DNA of 64,000 bases from an uncultured Gemmatimonadales bacterium (GTDB lineage Bacteria > Gemmatimonadota > Gemmatimonadetes > Longimicrobiales > Longimicrobiaceae), in the NCBI GenBank assembly GCA_963716255.1, contig OY970303.1:5888001-5952000 (forward strand), read 5' to 3'. This document shows, in pieces, positions 40,457-50,270 of this stretch. The translations under genes were made by a program, and so were the position numbers. Position 1 is the stretch's first letter. Each line of letters begins with the position of its first letter. Under the pieces are notes generated by a model that saw only the letters and a list, made by a program, of their open reading frames with translations, was not told where the DNA came from and did no database searches.

Positions 40457-41692
40457 GTGCCGTCGTTTCCGCCGGTCAGAGAGCAGCTGGACGCCATCCG
40501 CCAGGGGGCGCTCGAGATCGTCCCCGAGGAGGAGCTGGTCCGCAAGCTGGAGCGCTCCGCGCGCACCGGCGAGCCGCTGCTCGTCAAGCAGGGGTTCGAC
40601 CCCACGCGCCCCGACCTCCACATCGGCCACGCCGTCTCCATCCGCAAGCTCCGGACGTTCCAGGAGCTGGGGCACCAGGTGGTGTTCGTGGTGGGCGACT
40701 ACACCGCGCTGATCGGCGACCCGACGGGGCGCAGCGAGCTGCGCCCGCAGCTCACGGAAGCGGAGGTCGCGGAGAACGCCCGCACGTACACCGAGCAGGT
40801 GTTCCGCATCCTGGACCCGGCGCGGACGCGGGTGGAGTTCAACTCCGCCTGGCTCGCGCCGCTCCGCACGGTGGACATCCTGAAGCTCACGGCGCAGTAC
40901 ACCGTCGCCCGCATGCTGGAGCGCGACGACTTCGCCAAGCGCTACGCCGAGGGGCGCCCCATCTCGGTGGTGGAGTTCATGTACCCGCTCATGCAGGCCT
41001 ACGACTCCGTGGCGCTGCGTGCGGACGTGGAGCTGGGCGGCTCGGACCAGAAGTTCAACCTGCTCATGACCCGCGACGTGCAGGCGCGCTACGGGCAGGA
41101 GCCGCAGGTCTGCCTGCTGATGCCGCTGCTGCGCGGCACCGACGGCGTGCAGAAGATGTCCAAGTCCTACGACAACTACGTGGGGCTCACGCACGCTCCC
41201 GAGGAGCAGTACGGGCGGACCATGTCCATCCCGGACGAGGTGATGGACGAGTGGTACCGGCTGGCCTCCGGGCTCGCCGGGGAGGAGCTGGAGCGCGCGC
41301 TTGCCGGCGTCGCGGCCGGTCCGTACGCCGCCAAGCGCGTCCTCGCCGCGCACATCGTGGCGACCTACCACGGGGCGGCCGCGGCGCGGGAGGCTTCCGA
41401 GCACTTCGACCGCGTGTTCCGCCGCCACGAGGCGCCCGAGGAGGTCCCGACGCTGGAGCTGTCCGCCGCCGACGAGGCGCTGGCTGTGCAGGGAGGGCGG
41501 GTCGCGCTCCCGCGGCTGCTGGCCCGGGCGGGGCTTGCCGCCTCCAACGCCGAGGCGGTCCGTCTCATCCAGCAGGGAGCGGTCTCCGTGGACGGCGAGA
41601 AGGCGATCCGCCGCGAGGACACCGTCGCGGCCAGCGGCGAGCACCTTCTCCAGAAGGGCAAGCGCCACTTCGTCCGGGTGCGCTTCTCCTGA
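40457..41692 (+). CDS. tyrS: Tyrosine--tRNA ligase
   Basis: GFDPTRPDLHIGH, YPLMQAYD, GGSDQKFN, KMSKS, C-terminal S4 domain. Confidence 0.98.
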   Translation: MPSFPPVREQLDAIRQGALEIVPEEELVRKLERSARTGEPLLVKQGFDPTRPDLHIGHAVSIRKLRTFQELGHQVVFVVGDYTALIGDPTGRSELRPQLTEAEVAENARTYTEQVFRILDPARTRVEFNSAWLAPLRTVDILKLTAQYTVARMLERDDFAKRYAEGRPISVVEFMYPLMQAYDSVALRADVELGGSDQKFNLLMTRDVQARYGQEPQVCLLMPLLRGTDGVQKMSKSYDNYVGLTHAPEEQYGRTMSIPDEVMDEWYRLASGLAGEELERALAGVAAGPYAAKRVLAAHIVATYHGAAAAREASEHFDRVFRRHEAPEEVPTLELSAADEALAVQGGRVALPRLLARAGLAASNAEAVRLIQQGAVSVDGEKAIRREDTVAASGEHLLQKGKRHFVRVRFS

Positions 41693-41877
41693 CCGCGGCG
41701 GGCCGATACGGGTCCGGCATCGAATTCGGCCGTTTTTGTCGCGTGGGTTGCGTGCCCGGAAGTCCCTTTTCGAGACTCCGGCAGGTGCTGGAAATTTCAG
41801 TGGGCGAACATCTTTCCAGACCGGCAACGTTTGCATATTCTAAGTAGGCGTCGTTTGTCGAACGATCGTTAGAAAGG

Positions 41878-41893
41878 CGGCACGAACGTTGCG
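41878..41893 (+). promoter_or_regulatory. Putative sigma54 promoter of susC-susD
   Basis: CGGCAC-GAACG-TTGCG in an AT-richer intergenic region. Confidence 0.55.
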
Positions 41894-42114
41894 CCCGACC
41901 GTTTCTCTTGCGGAACGTCTCGTAGACCTGCACATAATCCCACACGGCAATCCAGGCTGGCCCTTCCTCGGCCGGGCCGGGTGCCGTTTTCATCCACTTT
42001 CTGAAAAGGAGGGCGACGCCCGATTACCCTGTCCGTGTGTGCCCCCCGCCTCCGGCAGCTTCGCCGCAGGCAGGCACTCAACCCGCTCGTTGGCCCACTT
42101 CACGGAGGTTCGTT

Positions 42115-45100
42115 ATGGGCAAGCTTCTACGACTGCTGGTGATCCTGATCACCTCGGTCTGTGTGGCATCGCCCGCGCTAGCACAGCAGCGCGGCACCAT
42201 CTCGGGGACAGTCAGTTCGGAAGGAAACCAGCCCCTCGCGGGCGCGACGGTGCTCGTCGGCGGGACCGCCCTGCGCGGCGTCACCGACCAGGCGGGCCAG
42301 TACCGGATCGTCAACGTCCCGGCCGGAAGCCATGACGTCACCGCCTCCGTGCTCGGCTACGCGCCCCGCACGCAGCGCGTGACCGTCGCGGCCGACGGGA
42401 CGGCGAACGCCAGCTTCCAGCTCTCGGCGTCCGCGCTCGAGATCGGCGGCCTGGTGGTCACCGCGACCGGCGCCGAGCAGCGCCGCCGCGAGATCGGCAG
42501 CTCGGTGGGGTCGATCAACACCTCCAACGTCGAGCTGGCCCCGGTCACCAACGTTTCCCAGCTGATCCAGGGCCGCGTGCCCGGCGCGGTGGTGATGCAG
42601 GCCAGCGGCACGACCGGCACGGGCTCGCGCGTCCGCATCCGCGGCAACAACAGCCTCACGCTGTCCAACGCGCCGCTGCTCATCATCGACGGCGTGCGCG
42701 TGCAGAGCTCCGAGGAGAGCCTGGGCTTCGGCGTCGGCGGCCAGAGCGTGTCGCGCCTGAACGACCTGAACCCCGAGGACATCGAGAACATCGACGTCCT
42801 CAAGGGGCCGGCCGCTTCGGCGCTGTACGGCACCGCCGCGGCGAACGGGGTGATCCAGGTCACCACCAAGCGCGGCCGGGCCGGGCGCCCGCAGTTCCGC
42901 TTCTGGACGGAGTCGGGCCGCGAGCAGAAGAACGTCACCTTCCCCGACAACGTCCAGGCGCTCGACGCCGACGGCCTCGCCTGCCCGATCTACTACCAGG
43001 CGGAGGGCTTCTGCACCCCCACGGCGACCTACACGTACAACCCGCTCGAGGCCGACGGCACGTTCCGCAAGGGGAACCGCCGGACGCTGGGCGGGAGCGC
43101 GTCGGGCGGGAGCACGGACGCCACCTTCTACGTCTCCGGCGAGTACGAGGACGCAGAGGGGATCCAGTTCAACAACAACTACCGGCGCGTCAACGTCCAG
43201 ACCAACCTCACCGGCAACCTGGGTGAGAAGCTCCGCATCGGCGCCAACGTCGGCCTGATCGAGAGCGACCTGGAGCTGCCGCTGGCCGACAACGCGTCGT
43301 TCGGCCTGTTCGGGATGGGCCTGTACGGCTCGCCCTCGCCGGACAACGTGGAGCTGCAGGGCGGCTTCGAGTCGGACCCGGCGTTCGCGTACGACTGGAA
43401 GACCTTCCAGGACGTCAGCCGCTTCACGGGGAGCACCAACGCCAACTACCGGCCGCTCACCTGGCTGAACATCAACGGCACCGTCGGGCTTGACCGCACG
43501 GACCGCGACGAGCAGTTCCGCATCCCGCGCGAGAACGCGTACGCCGTCTTCGGCGCCCCGTACACGGCGGGCATGATCGACCAGTTCAAGACGACGTTCT
43601 ACAACCTGACCACCAACGCGAGCGGCACTGCCCAGTTCGACCTGAGCAGCGACCTGGCCTCCACCACGTCGGTGGGCACGCAGTACCTGCGCGAGACCAG
43701 CCAGTCGGTCGAGGCGTTCGGCGCCACGCTGACGCCGGGCATCGAGACGTCGCTGGCCGGGGCTTCCACGGACTTCGACGTGGCCGAGGGCAACGTCAAG
43801 AACGCCACCGTGTCGGCGTACGCGCAGCAGCAGTTCGCCTGGCGGGACCGCCTGTTCCTGAACGCCTCCGCGCGCGGCGACCAGAACAGCGCGTTCGGCG
43901 TCAACCTGGGCTGGGTGTGGTACCCGGCGTTCAGCGGCGCCTGGGTCCTTTCGGAGGAGCCCTTCTTCCCCGACCTGGCCGTGCTCAACACGCTCCGTCT
44001 GCGGGCCGCCTGGGGCCAGTCCGGCCTGCGTCCGGGCTCCACCGACGCGCAGCTCGCCTACACCAGCATCGTCTCGATCTTCGGCAACACCAGCGTGCCG
44101 GGCTTCGCGATCAATGAGCTGGGCAACACGGACCTGAAGCCCGAGCGCGTCACCGAGCTCGAGATGGGCTTCGACACCGAGTTCTTCGACAACCGGCTCG
44201 GCCTCGAAGTCACCCACTTCGACAAGACGTCCACGGACGCGCTCGTCCGCCAGCCGCTGGCCCCGTCCTCGGGCGCGGGCTCGGCGACGTCCGGTACGTC
44301 CGGGACCCGCTTCGTGAACCTGGGCGAGGTGCAGAACACCGGGTGGGAGGTGCTCTTCCGCGCCCAGCCGATCCGGACCGACGACATCGGGCTCAGCTTC
44401 ACGCTGAGCGGCTCCGCGGTGAAGAACCGGCTCAACAGCCTGGGCTCGGACACGCAGGGCAACCCGATCCCGCCGATCGTCCTCAGCTCGCGCCAGCGCC
44501 ATGCCGAGGGCTACGCGCTCGGCGGGTGGTGGATGATCCCGGTGGAGAGCTACGCCGACGCCAACAACAACGGCCTGCTCAGCTCGAACGAGGTCAAGGT
44601 CGGCGTCCGCCGCGCGGACGGCACGCTCAAGGCCGACTCCGTGGCGTACTTCGGCAGCCCGTTCCCGACCCGCGAGGCGTCGTTCAACGCGAACTTCAAC
44701 TTCCGCGAGTGGCTGCGCATCTCCGCCCTGTTCGACCACAAGGGCGGGCACAAGCTGGTGAACATGACCCGCGCCTGGCGCTGCGTGGACGCGCAGAACT
44801 GCGCCGCGGCGTACGACGCCAGCACCCCGCTGGACCAGCAGGCGGCCATGGTCGCCCGCGGGCTTCTCCCCGGCGGCACCTGGGGCGGCTTCGTCGAGGA
44901 CGCGGACTTCGTCAAGTTCCGCGAGGTGTCGCTCACGCTGGGCCTGCCCACGAACTGGGCGGACCGCTTCGGCGCCAGCGGGCTGAGCCTCACCCTCGCC
45001 GGCCGCAACCTGAAGACCTGGACGGACTACAGCGGGTTCGACCCGGAAGTCAACTTCAGCGGGACGTCGAACTTCACCTCGGGTGACTACGCCACCATCC

Positions 45101-45144
45101 CGGCGAACAAGCTGTTCACCGCCCGCGTCGACGTCACCTTCTAA
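42115..45144 (+). CDS. SusC/RagA-family TonB-dependent transporter
   Basis: Signal peptide; CarboxypepD-like N-domain; PLLIIDG, LNPEDIENIDVLKGPAASALYGTAAANGVI; LKPER; C-terminal F. Confidence 0.93.
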   Translation: MGKLLRLLVILITSVCVASPALAQQRGTISGTVSSEGNQPLAGATVLVGGTALRGVTDQAGQYRIVNVPAGSHDVTASVLGYAPRTQRVTVAADGTANASFQLSASALEIGGLVVTATGAEQRRREIGSSVGSINTSNVELAPVTNVSQLIQGRVPGAVVMQASGTTGTGSRVRIRGNNSLTLSNAPLLIIDGVRVQSSEESLGFGVGGQSVSRLNDLNPEDIENIDVLKGPAASALYGTAAANGVIQVTTKRGRAGRPQFRFWTESGREQKNVTFPDNVQALDADGLACPIYYQAEGFCTPTATYTYNPLEADGTFRKGNRRTLGGSASGGSTDATFYVSGEYEDAEGIQFNNNYRRVNVQTNLTGNLGEKLRIGANVGLIESDLELPLADNASFGLFGMGLYGSPSPDNVELQGGFESDPAFAYDWKTFQDVSRFTGSTNANYRPLTWLNINGTVGLDRTDRDEQFRIPRENAYAVFGAPYTAGMIDQFKTTFYNLTTNASGTAQFDLSSDLASTTSVGTQYLRETSQSVEAFGATLTPGIETSLAGASTDFDVAEGNVKNATVSAYAQQQFAWRDRLFLNASARGDQNSAFGVNLGWVWYPAFSGAWVLSEEPFFPDLAVLNTLRLRAAWGQSGLRPGSTDAQLAYTSIVSIFGNTSVPGFAINELGNTDLKPERVTELEMGFDTEFFDNRLGLEVTHFDKTSTDALVRQPLAPSSGAGSATSGTSGTRFVNLGEVQNTGWEVLFRAQPIRTDDIGLSFTLSGSAVKNRLNSLGSDTQGNPIPPIVLSSRQRHAEGYALGGWWMIPVESYADANNNGLLSSNEVKVGVRRADGTLKADSVAYFGSPFPTREASFNANFNFREWLRISALFDHKGGHKLVNMTRAWRCVDAQNCAAAYDASTPLDQQAAMVARGLLPGGTWGGFVEDADFVKFREVSLTLGLPTNWADRFGASGLSLTLAGRNLKTWTDYSGFDPEVNFSGTSNFTSGDYATIPANKLFTARVDVTF

Positions 45145-45156
45145 GGGGGAGAAACG

Positions 45157-46557
45157 ATGAATCGCACCAAGATGAAGGTCGCGTCCGCCAGGTGGGGCCG
45201 CTGGTCCCACCTCGGCGTGGCGGTCCTGGCGCTCTCGGCGGCCGCCTGCGACGTCGACAGCCTGACCGAGCTGCCCGATCCGGACATCATCGGCAGCCAG
45301 ATCGCGTCGGACACGGCGAACATCCTGATCCTGCGCAACGGCGTGCAGTTCGAGTTCGGCCGCGCGCTGACCGGGCCCGCCGCGAACAACAACGAGCCCG
45401 GCATCGCTGGCACGGGCGGGCTGCTGGCGGACGAGCTGTGGTACTCCAGCACCTTCCCGACCATGCGGGAGATCGACGGGCGGAACACGTCGGTCGACAA
45501 CAGCAACCTGGCGAACGTGTACCGCTACGTTCACCGGGCCCGCAACCTGGCCGAGCGCGCGGCGGAGGTCTACGTGGCCTCGCCCCGGGCCAACTCGGCG
45601 GACCACGCGCTGATGCTGAACTACGCGGCGTTCTCGTACGTGTATTTCGGGGAGAACTTCTGCTCCGGCGTGCCGTTCAGCAACGCGGCGCTTTCCGGCG
45701 AGCTGACGTTCGGGCCGGCGAACACGACGCAGCAGATCTTCGAGCTGGCGCTGCAGAAGTTCGACCAGGCGCTGGTCGTGGCGACGGCCAGCGGCAACGC
45801 GGCCCAGATCAACCTGGCCCGGGTCGGCCGGGGCCGCGCGCTGATCAACCTCAACCGCCCGGCCGAGGCCGCGACGGCGGTGGCCGCGGTGCCGACCAAC
45901 TTCACGTACACCGTTGCCTTCAGCGATCCGACGAACGCCCCGGGGAACGGCATCTTCTACCACATCAACTCGGAGCGGCGGTCCTCCGCCGCCACCGACG
46001 AGGGCACGAACGGGCTGCACTTCTTCAACCGGGTGACGGCCGCGGATTCGGCCCTGACGCGGACGACCGACCCGCGGACGCCGGTCACCCACGTCCGTGC
46101 CGGCGCGACCGGAAACCCGACGGCGCCGGTGTACGCCCAGCAGAAGTACGCCACCCGTGGCGCGGCCATTCCGGTGGCCAACGGCGTCGAGGCTCGCCTG
46201 ATCGAGGCCGAGGCGCAGCTGCGGGCGGGGAACACCGCGGGGATGCTGACGACGCTCAACGCGCTGCGCTCCGGCGGCGGCGTCGCGGGACTCGCCCCGC
46301 TGGCCGCTCCGGCCAACGCCAACGCGGCCCGTGACATGCTCTTCCGGGAGCGTGCCTTCTGGCTGTGGCTGACGGGGCACCGCCTGGGCGACATGCGCCG
46401 CCTGATCCGCCAGTACGGGATGACGGCGAACCAGGTGTTCCCGGTCGGTCAGACCATCTTCGGAGCCAACTACGGGAGCGACGTCAACCTGCCGATCCCG
46501 CAGGCGGAGCAGAACAACCCGGAGTTTTCGGGCGCTTGCCTCGACCGCAACGCCTGA
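45157..46557 (+). CDS. SusD/RagB-like lipoprotein
   Basis: AAAC lipobox; EARLIEAEA, RERAFWLWLTGHRLGDMRR, LPIPQAEQNNP. Confidence 0.88.
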   Translation: MNRTKMKVASARWGRWSHLGVAVLALSAAACDVDSLTELPDPDIIGSQIASDTANILILRNGVQFEFGRALTGPAANNNEPGIAGTGGLLADELWYSSTFPTMREIDGRNTSVDNSNLANVYRYVHRARNLAERAAEVYVASPRANSADHALMLNYAAFSYVYFGENFCSGVPFSNAALSGELTFGPANTTQQIFELALQKFDQALVVATASGNAAQINLARVGRGRALINLNRPAEAATAVAAVPTNFTYTVAFSDPTNAPGNGIFYHINSERRSSAATDEGTNGLHFFNRVTAADSALTRTTDPRTPVTHVRAGATGNPTAPVYAQQKYATRGAAIPVANGVEARLIEAEAQLRAGNTAGMLTTLNALRSGGGVAGLAPLAAPANANAARDMLFRERAFWLWLTGHRLGDMRRLIRQYGMTANQVFPVGQTIFGANYGSDVNLPIPQAEQNNPEFSGACLDRNA

Positions 46558-46599
46558 CCGGGACCCTTCCGGCGCGGTCCGGCCGGAGCGGGTGAACGA

Positions 46600-46640
46600 G
46601 GGGACGGGGAGGGGGCGAAAGCTCCCTCCCCGTTCCCTTT
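46600..46640 (+). terminator. Terminator after susD
   Basis: GGGACGGGGAGGGGGC-GAAA-GCTCCCTCCCCGTTCCC-TTT. Confidence 0.7.
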
Positions 46641-46692
46641 CCCGTCCCCGGGGCGCGGCTCCCGGGGTCCCCTTCTGCGCAGGTGTATATCC

Positions 46693-46701
46693 TGTTATAC
46701 T
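46693..46701 (+). promoter_or_regulatory. Extended -10 promoter element
   Basis: TGT-TATACT ~90 bp upstream of 46790. Confidence 0.4.
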
Positions 46702-46789
46702 ATAGCGTTGCGCAGATCGTCCGCGACGCTCCACCCCGGAGCGTGACCTGGACGAGGTTTCCCTTCCTGTGCCACCTTCTCACTTCACG

Positions 46790-48469
46790 ATGATGAGCCA
46801 CTGGCAGCGCCTCGGCGCCTTCCTCCCGGTCGCCCTTTCCGCGTTCCTCGCGGCCTGCGGCGACGGCCCCAGCAATCCCGGTCCCGGGCCCACCGGCAAC
46901 GGCCTCAACCTGCGGATCGAGACGGCGTACCTGGTCCAGGTGACGCAGAACCGCCAGGGCACGGTGCCGCTGGTGGCGAACCGGGACGCTTACGTGCGCG
47001 TGTTCGTGGTCGCCGACCGGGCCAACACGGCGGCTCCGGCGGTCCGGGTGCGCCTGTACCAGGGCGAGACGCTGCGCGAGACTCTGACCATTCCCGCCGA
47101 CGGAGCTTCGGTCCCGACGGCCGTGGACCAGGGGAACCTGGCCGCCTCGTGGGACGTCAAGGTCCCCGCGTCCATGATCCAGCCCGGGCTGCGCATGGTG
47201 GCCGACGTCGACCCGTCGGGCGCGGTGGCCGAGTCCAACGAGGGCGACAACACGTTCCCGGCGAACGGGACGCCCGTGGCCCTGAACGTGGCGGCCATTC
47301 CGCCGCTGAAGGTCCGCTTCGTCCCCATCCACCAGCGAGCCAACGGCCTGGTGGGCCGGGTGACCGAGGCGAACAAGCACGACTTCATGACGATGACCCG
47401 GAAGCTCCACCCCATCCCGGGCTACGACGCGGACGTCCGCGCGCCGTTCACGGTGGAGGGGCTCAGCCTGGATCCCGCGGGGAACAGCTGGCTGGGGCTG
47501 GTCACCGAGCTGAACGCGGTGCGCGTCGCGGAGGGGAGCGACCGCTACTACTACGGCGTGGTGCAGACGGAGTACCCGGGCGGCGGGGTGGTGGGAATCG
47601 CGGTGAACATCCCGAGCCGGACCTCGCTGGGGTGGGACCGCCCCTCGGACGCGGCGGAGACGGTGGCGCACGAGCTGGGGCACAACCTGGGGCGCTTCCA
47701 CGCCCCGTGCGGCGGGGCCGGCGGCGCCGACCCGGGATACCCGTACCAGCTGGGGCTGATCGGCGTGTACGGGATGGACGTGGAGACCGGCGAGCTCAAG
47801 GCGCCGATCGAGCACACGGACATCATGGGGTACTGCGACGCCAAGTTCTGGATCAGCGACTACAACTACACCGGCATCTACAACTACCTGCGGAGCACGG
47901 CCGCTGCGTCCACGGCGGCGCAGTCGTCGCTGCTCGTGTGGGGGAGCATCCGGGACGGCAGGGTGGTGCTCGAGCCCGCGTTCCAGGTGACCACCCGTCC
48001 GGCGCTCCCCGCCGCCCCCGGGCCGTACAGGGTGGAGGGGGTGGACGCCGCGGGCGAGGTGATCTTCTCGCTTTCCTTCGCGGGCGACAGGATCCCCGAC
48101 CTGCAGGGCGACCAGCGCCTCTTCGCCTTCGCGCTCCCGCTGGCCCCGCAGCAGATGGACCGGCTGGCGACGCTGCGCGTGGTGCGCAGGGGCGTGGACA
48201 CGGGTGCCGCCGGGGTGACGGAGCGCCGCGCCTCGCTCGCCGCGGCGCCGCGCGCCTCGGTGGCGCGGCAGGGCGCCGACCGGCTCGCGGTGCGCTGGGA
48301 CGCGAGCGCCTACCCCATGGCGATGGTGCGCGACGCGCGCACCGGCGAGATCCTGACGCTGGCGCGCGGCGGGACGGCGGAGGTCCGCGCGCGCGCCGGC
48401 GACGTGGAGCTGGTCCTTTCGGACGGGGTGCGGAGCTCGACCCGTCGCGTCTCGGCCGGCGGGCTCTGA
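46790..48469 (+). CDS. Lipoprotein zinc metallopeptidase (metzincin, M66-like)
   Basis: LAAC lipobox; HELGHNLGRFH (HExxHxxGxxH); DIMGY Met-turn. Confidence 0.82.
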   Translation: MMSHWQRLGAFLPVALSAFLAACGDGPSNPGPGPTGNGLNLRIETAYLVQVTQNRQGTVPLVANRDAYVRVFVVADRANTAAPAVRVRLYQGETLRETLTIPADGASVPTAVDQGNLAASWDVKVPASMIQPGLRMVADVDPSGAVAESNEGDNTFPANGTPVALNVAAIPPLKVRFVPIHQRANGLVGRVTEANKHDFMTMTRKLHPIPGYDADVRAPFTVEGLSLDPAGNSWLGLVTELNAVRVAEGSDRYYYGVVQTEYPGGGVVGIAVNIPSRTSLGWDRPSDAAETVAHELGHNLGRFHAPCGGAGGADPGYPYQLGLIGVYGMDVETGELKAPIEHTDIMGYCDAKFWISDYNYTGIYNYLRSTAAASTAAQSSLLVWGSIRDGRVVLEPAFQVTTRPALPAAPGPYRVEGVDAAGEVIFSLSFAGDRIPDLQGDQRLFAFALPLAPQQMDRLATLRVVRRGVDTGAAGVTERRASLAAAPRASVARQGADRLAVRWDASAYPMAMVRDARTGEILTLARGGTAEVRARAGDVELVLSDGVRSSTRRVSAGGL

Positions 48470-48565
48470 GCGGCCGGGGCGGGCCGGGGTGGGCGGGATG
48501 ATCATGGAGCGGGGGGAGGGAGCCTGGGGGGCTGCCTCCCCCCGCTCGTTCGCGCGGGTGCGGCG

Positions 48566-49084
48566 ATGACGGAGCCGGTGCTGATCGGCGTGGGCTCCAA
48601 CCTGGACGACCCCGTGGAGCGCCTGGCGGAGGCCGTGCGCCGGCTGGAGGGCGCGGTGGAGGTGCTCGCCGCGTCGTCGGTGTACCGCTCGGAGCCGGTG
48701 GGCTTCCGCGAGCAGCCGGACTTCTACAACCTGGTGGTCCGTGGCCGCACGGCGCTGGAGCCGCACGCGCTGCTGGCGCGCCTGCACGCGGTGGAGGATG
48801 CGATGGGCCGCCGGCGCAGCTTCGTGGGCGCCCCGCGCGTCATCGACCTGGACCTGCTGGCCTGCGGCGGGGTGGTGCTGGACGGCCCGGAGCTGACGCT
48901 GCCGCATCCCCGCATGGCGGAGCGGGCGTTCGTGCTGGTGCCGCTGGCGGAGGTGGCACCGGAGTGGCGGCACCCGCGGGTGGGGCGAACGGCTCGGGAG
49001 TTGCTTGCAGGAGCGGGTACGCTGGAACGCATCGAGCGGTGGGGCGAGCTCCCCGCCGGCGCCTCCGGCCCGCCGGCCCCCTGA
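48566..49084 (+). CDS. folK: HPPK (folate biosynthesis pyrophosphokinase)
   Basis: IGVGSNL, QPDFYN, PRVIDLDLL, LPHPRMAERAFVLVPL. Confidence 0.96.
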   Translation: MTEPVLIGVGSNLDDPVERLAEAVRRLEGAVEVLAASSVYRSEPVGFREQPDFYNLVVRGRTALEPHALLARLHAVEDAMGRRRSFVGAPRVIDLDLLACGGVVLDGPELTLPHPRMAERAFVLVPLAEVAPEWRHPRVGRTARELLAGAGTLERIERWGELPAGASGPPAP

Positions 49085-49115
49085 GGGTCGCATCCCAATC
49101 CCTCGCAGAGGCCGA

Positions 49116-50270
49116 ATGGCACCGACGTCCGGGGAGTACACGGTAGGGGTGGAGGAGGAGTACCAGCTCGTCGACCGGGAGAGCGGCGAGCTGAAGAGTC
49201 GCGCCCGCTCGGTGATCGCGCTGGACTGGAGCGGCGACATCAAGCCGGAGATGCAGGAGAACACCGTGGAGGTGGAGACCCGCATCTGCCCCGACACCGG
49301 GTGCGTGCGCGACGAGCTGGCGCGGCTGCGGCTGCAGGCGGCCGTCGCGGCGGAGGCGCGCGGGCTGCGCGTGGTGGCGGCGGGGACGCACCCCTTCAGC
49401 GGGTGGGAGGACCAGGTGTTCAGCCCGGGCGAGGTGTACGCCAGCATCCGCGAGGAGTACCGGCGCCTGGCCGAGACGCAGAACATCTTCGGGATGCACG
49501 TGCACGTGTCGGTGCCGGAGGGGGTGGACCGGGTGCGGGTGATGAACGCGTCGCGCCACTTCCTCCCCCACCTCCTGGCGCTGACCGCCAGCTCCCCGTT
49601 ATACCTAGGGGAGGACTCGGGCTACGCCTCGTACCGGTCCATCCTGTGGCGCCGGTGGCCGCGCTCGGGCGCGCCCCCGCGCCTGGAGGACGCGGCGGAG
49701 TTCCGGCGGCTGGTGGAGCTGCTGACGGAAACGGGGTGCATCGACGCGCCGGGGCGGGTCTACTGGGAGATCCGCCCGCACCACGTCTACCCCACGCTGG
49801 AATACCGCGTGGCGGACGTGACGCCCCGCCTGGAGGACGCGGTGACGGCGGCCGCGCTGGCCCGCGCGGTGACCGCGGGGGTGGTGGAGGGCGTGCTGCG
49901 CGAGCCCGACCTCCCGGAGGCGCTGGTGGGCACGCTGCTGCGCGAGAACGCCTGGCGGGCCTCGCGCGACGGGGTGGGCGCGGAGCTCCTGGAGATGGAG
50001 GGCGACCGGGTCACGGTGGTTTCCGCGCGGGAGGCGCTGCTCCGGCTGGCGGAGCGGCTGGCCCCCATCGCGGAGCGCCTGGGCGACGGACCGCTGCTCG
50101 CCGGGCTCCCCGCCGTGCTGGAGCGGGGCGACGCGGCGGCGCGGATCCGTGCGCGCGCGGCGGAGGTGGGCGGCGACCTGCGCGAGGTGGTTCGCTGGCT
50201 GGCGGACGAAACGGTGCTCGGGGTGGGGCTGGACCGGCGCACGGAGCAGAGGGAGGCCTTGGTCGAATGA
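49116..50270 (+). CDS. YbdK-family carboxylate-amine ligase (GCS2)
   Basis: TVGVEEEYQLVD, AGTHPF, GMHVHV, YWEIRP, TLEYRVAD. Confidence 0.9.
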   Translation: MAPTSGEYTVGVEEEYQLVDRESGELKSRARSVIALDWSGDIKPEMQENTVEVETRICPDTGCVRDELARLRLQAAVAAEARGLRVVAAGTHPFSGWEDQVFSPGEVYASIREEYRRLAETQNIFGMHVHVSVPEGVDRVRVMNASRHFLPHLLALTASSPLYLGEDSGYASYRSILWRRWPRSGAPPRLEDAAEFRRLVELLTETGCIDAPGRVYWEIRPHHVYPTLEYRVADVTPRLEDAVTAAALARAVTAGVVEGVLREPDLPEALVGTLLRENAWRASRDGVGAELLEMEGDRVTVVSAREALLRLAERLAPIAERLGDGPLLAGLPAVLERGDAAARIRARAAEVGGDLREVVRWLADETVLGVGLDRRTEQREALVE

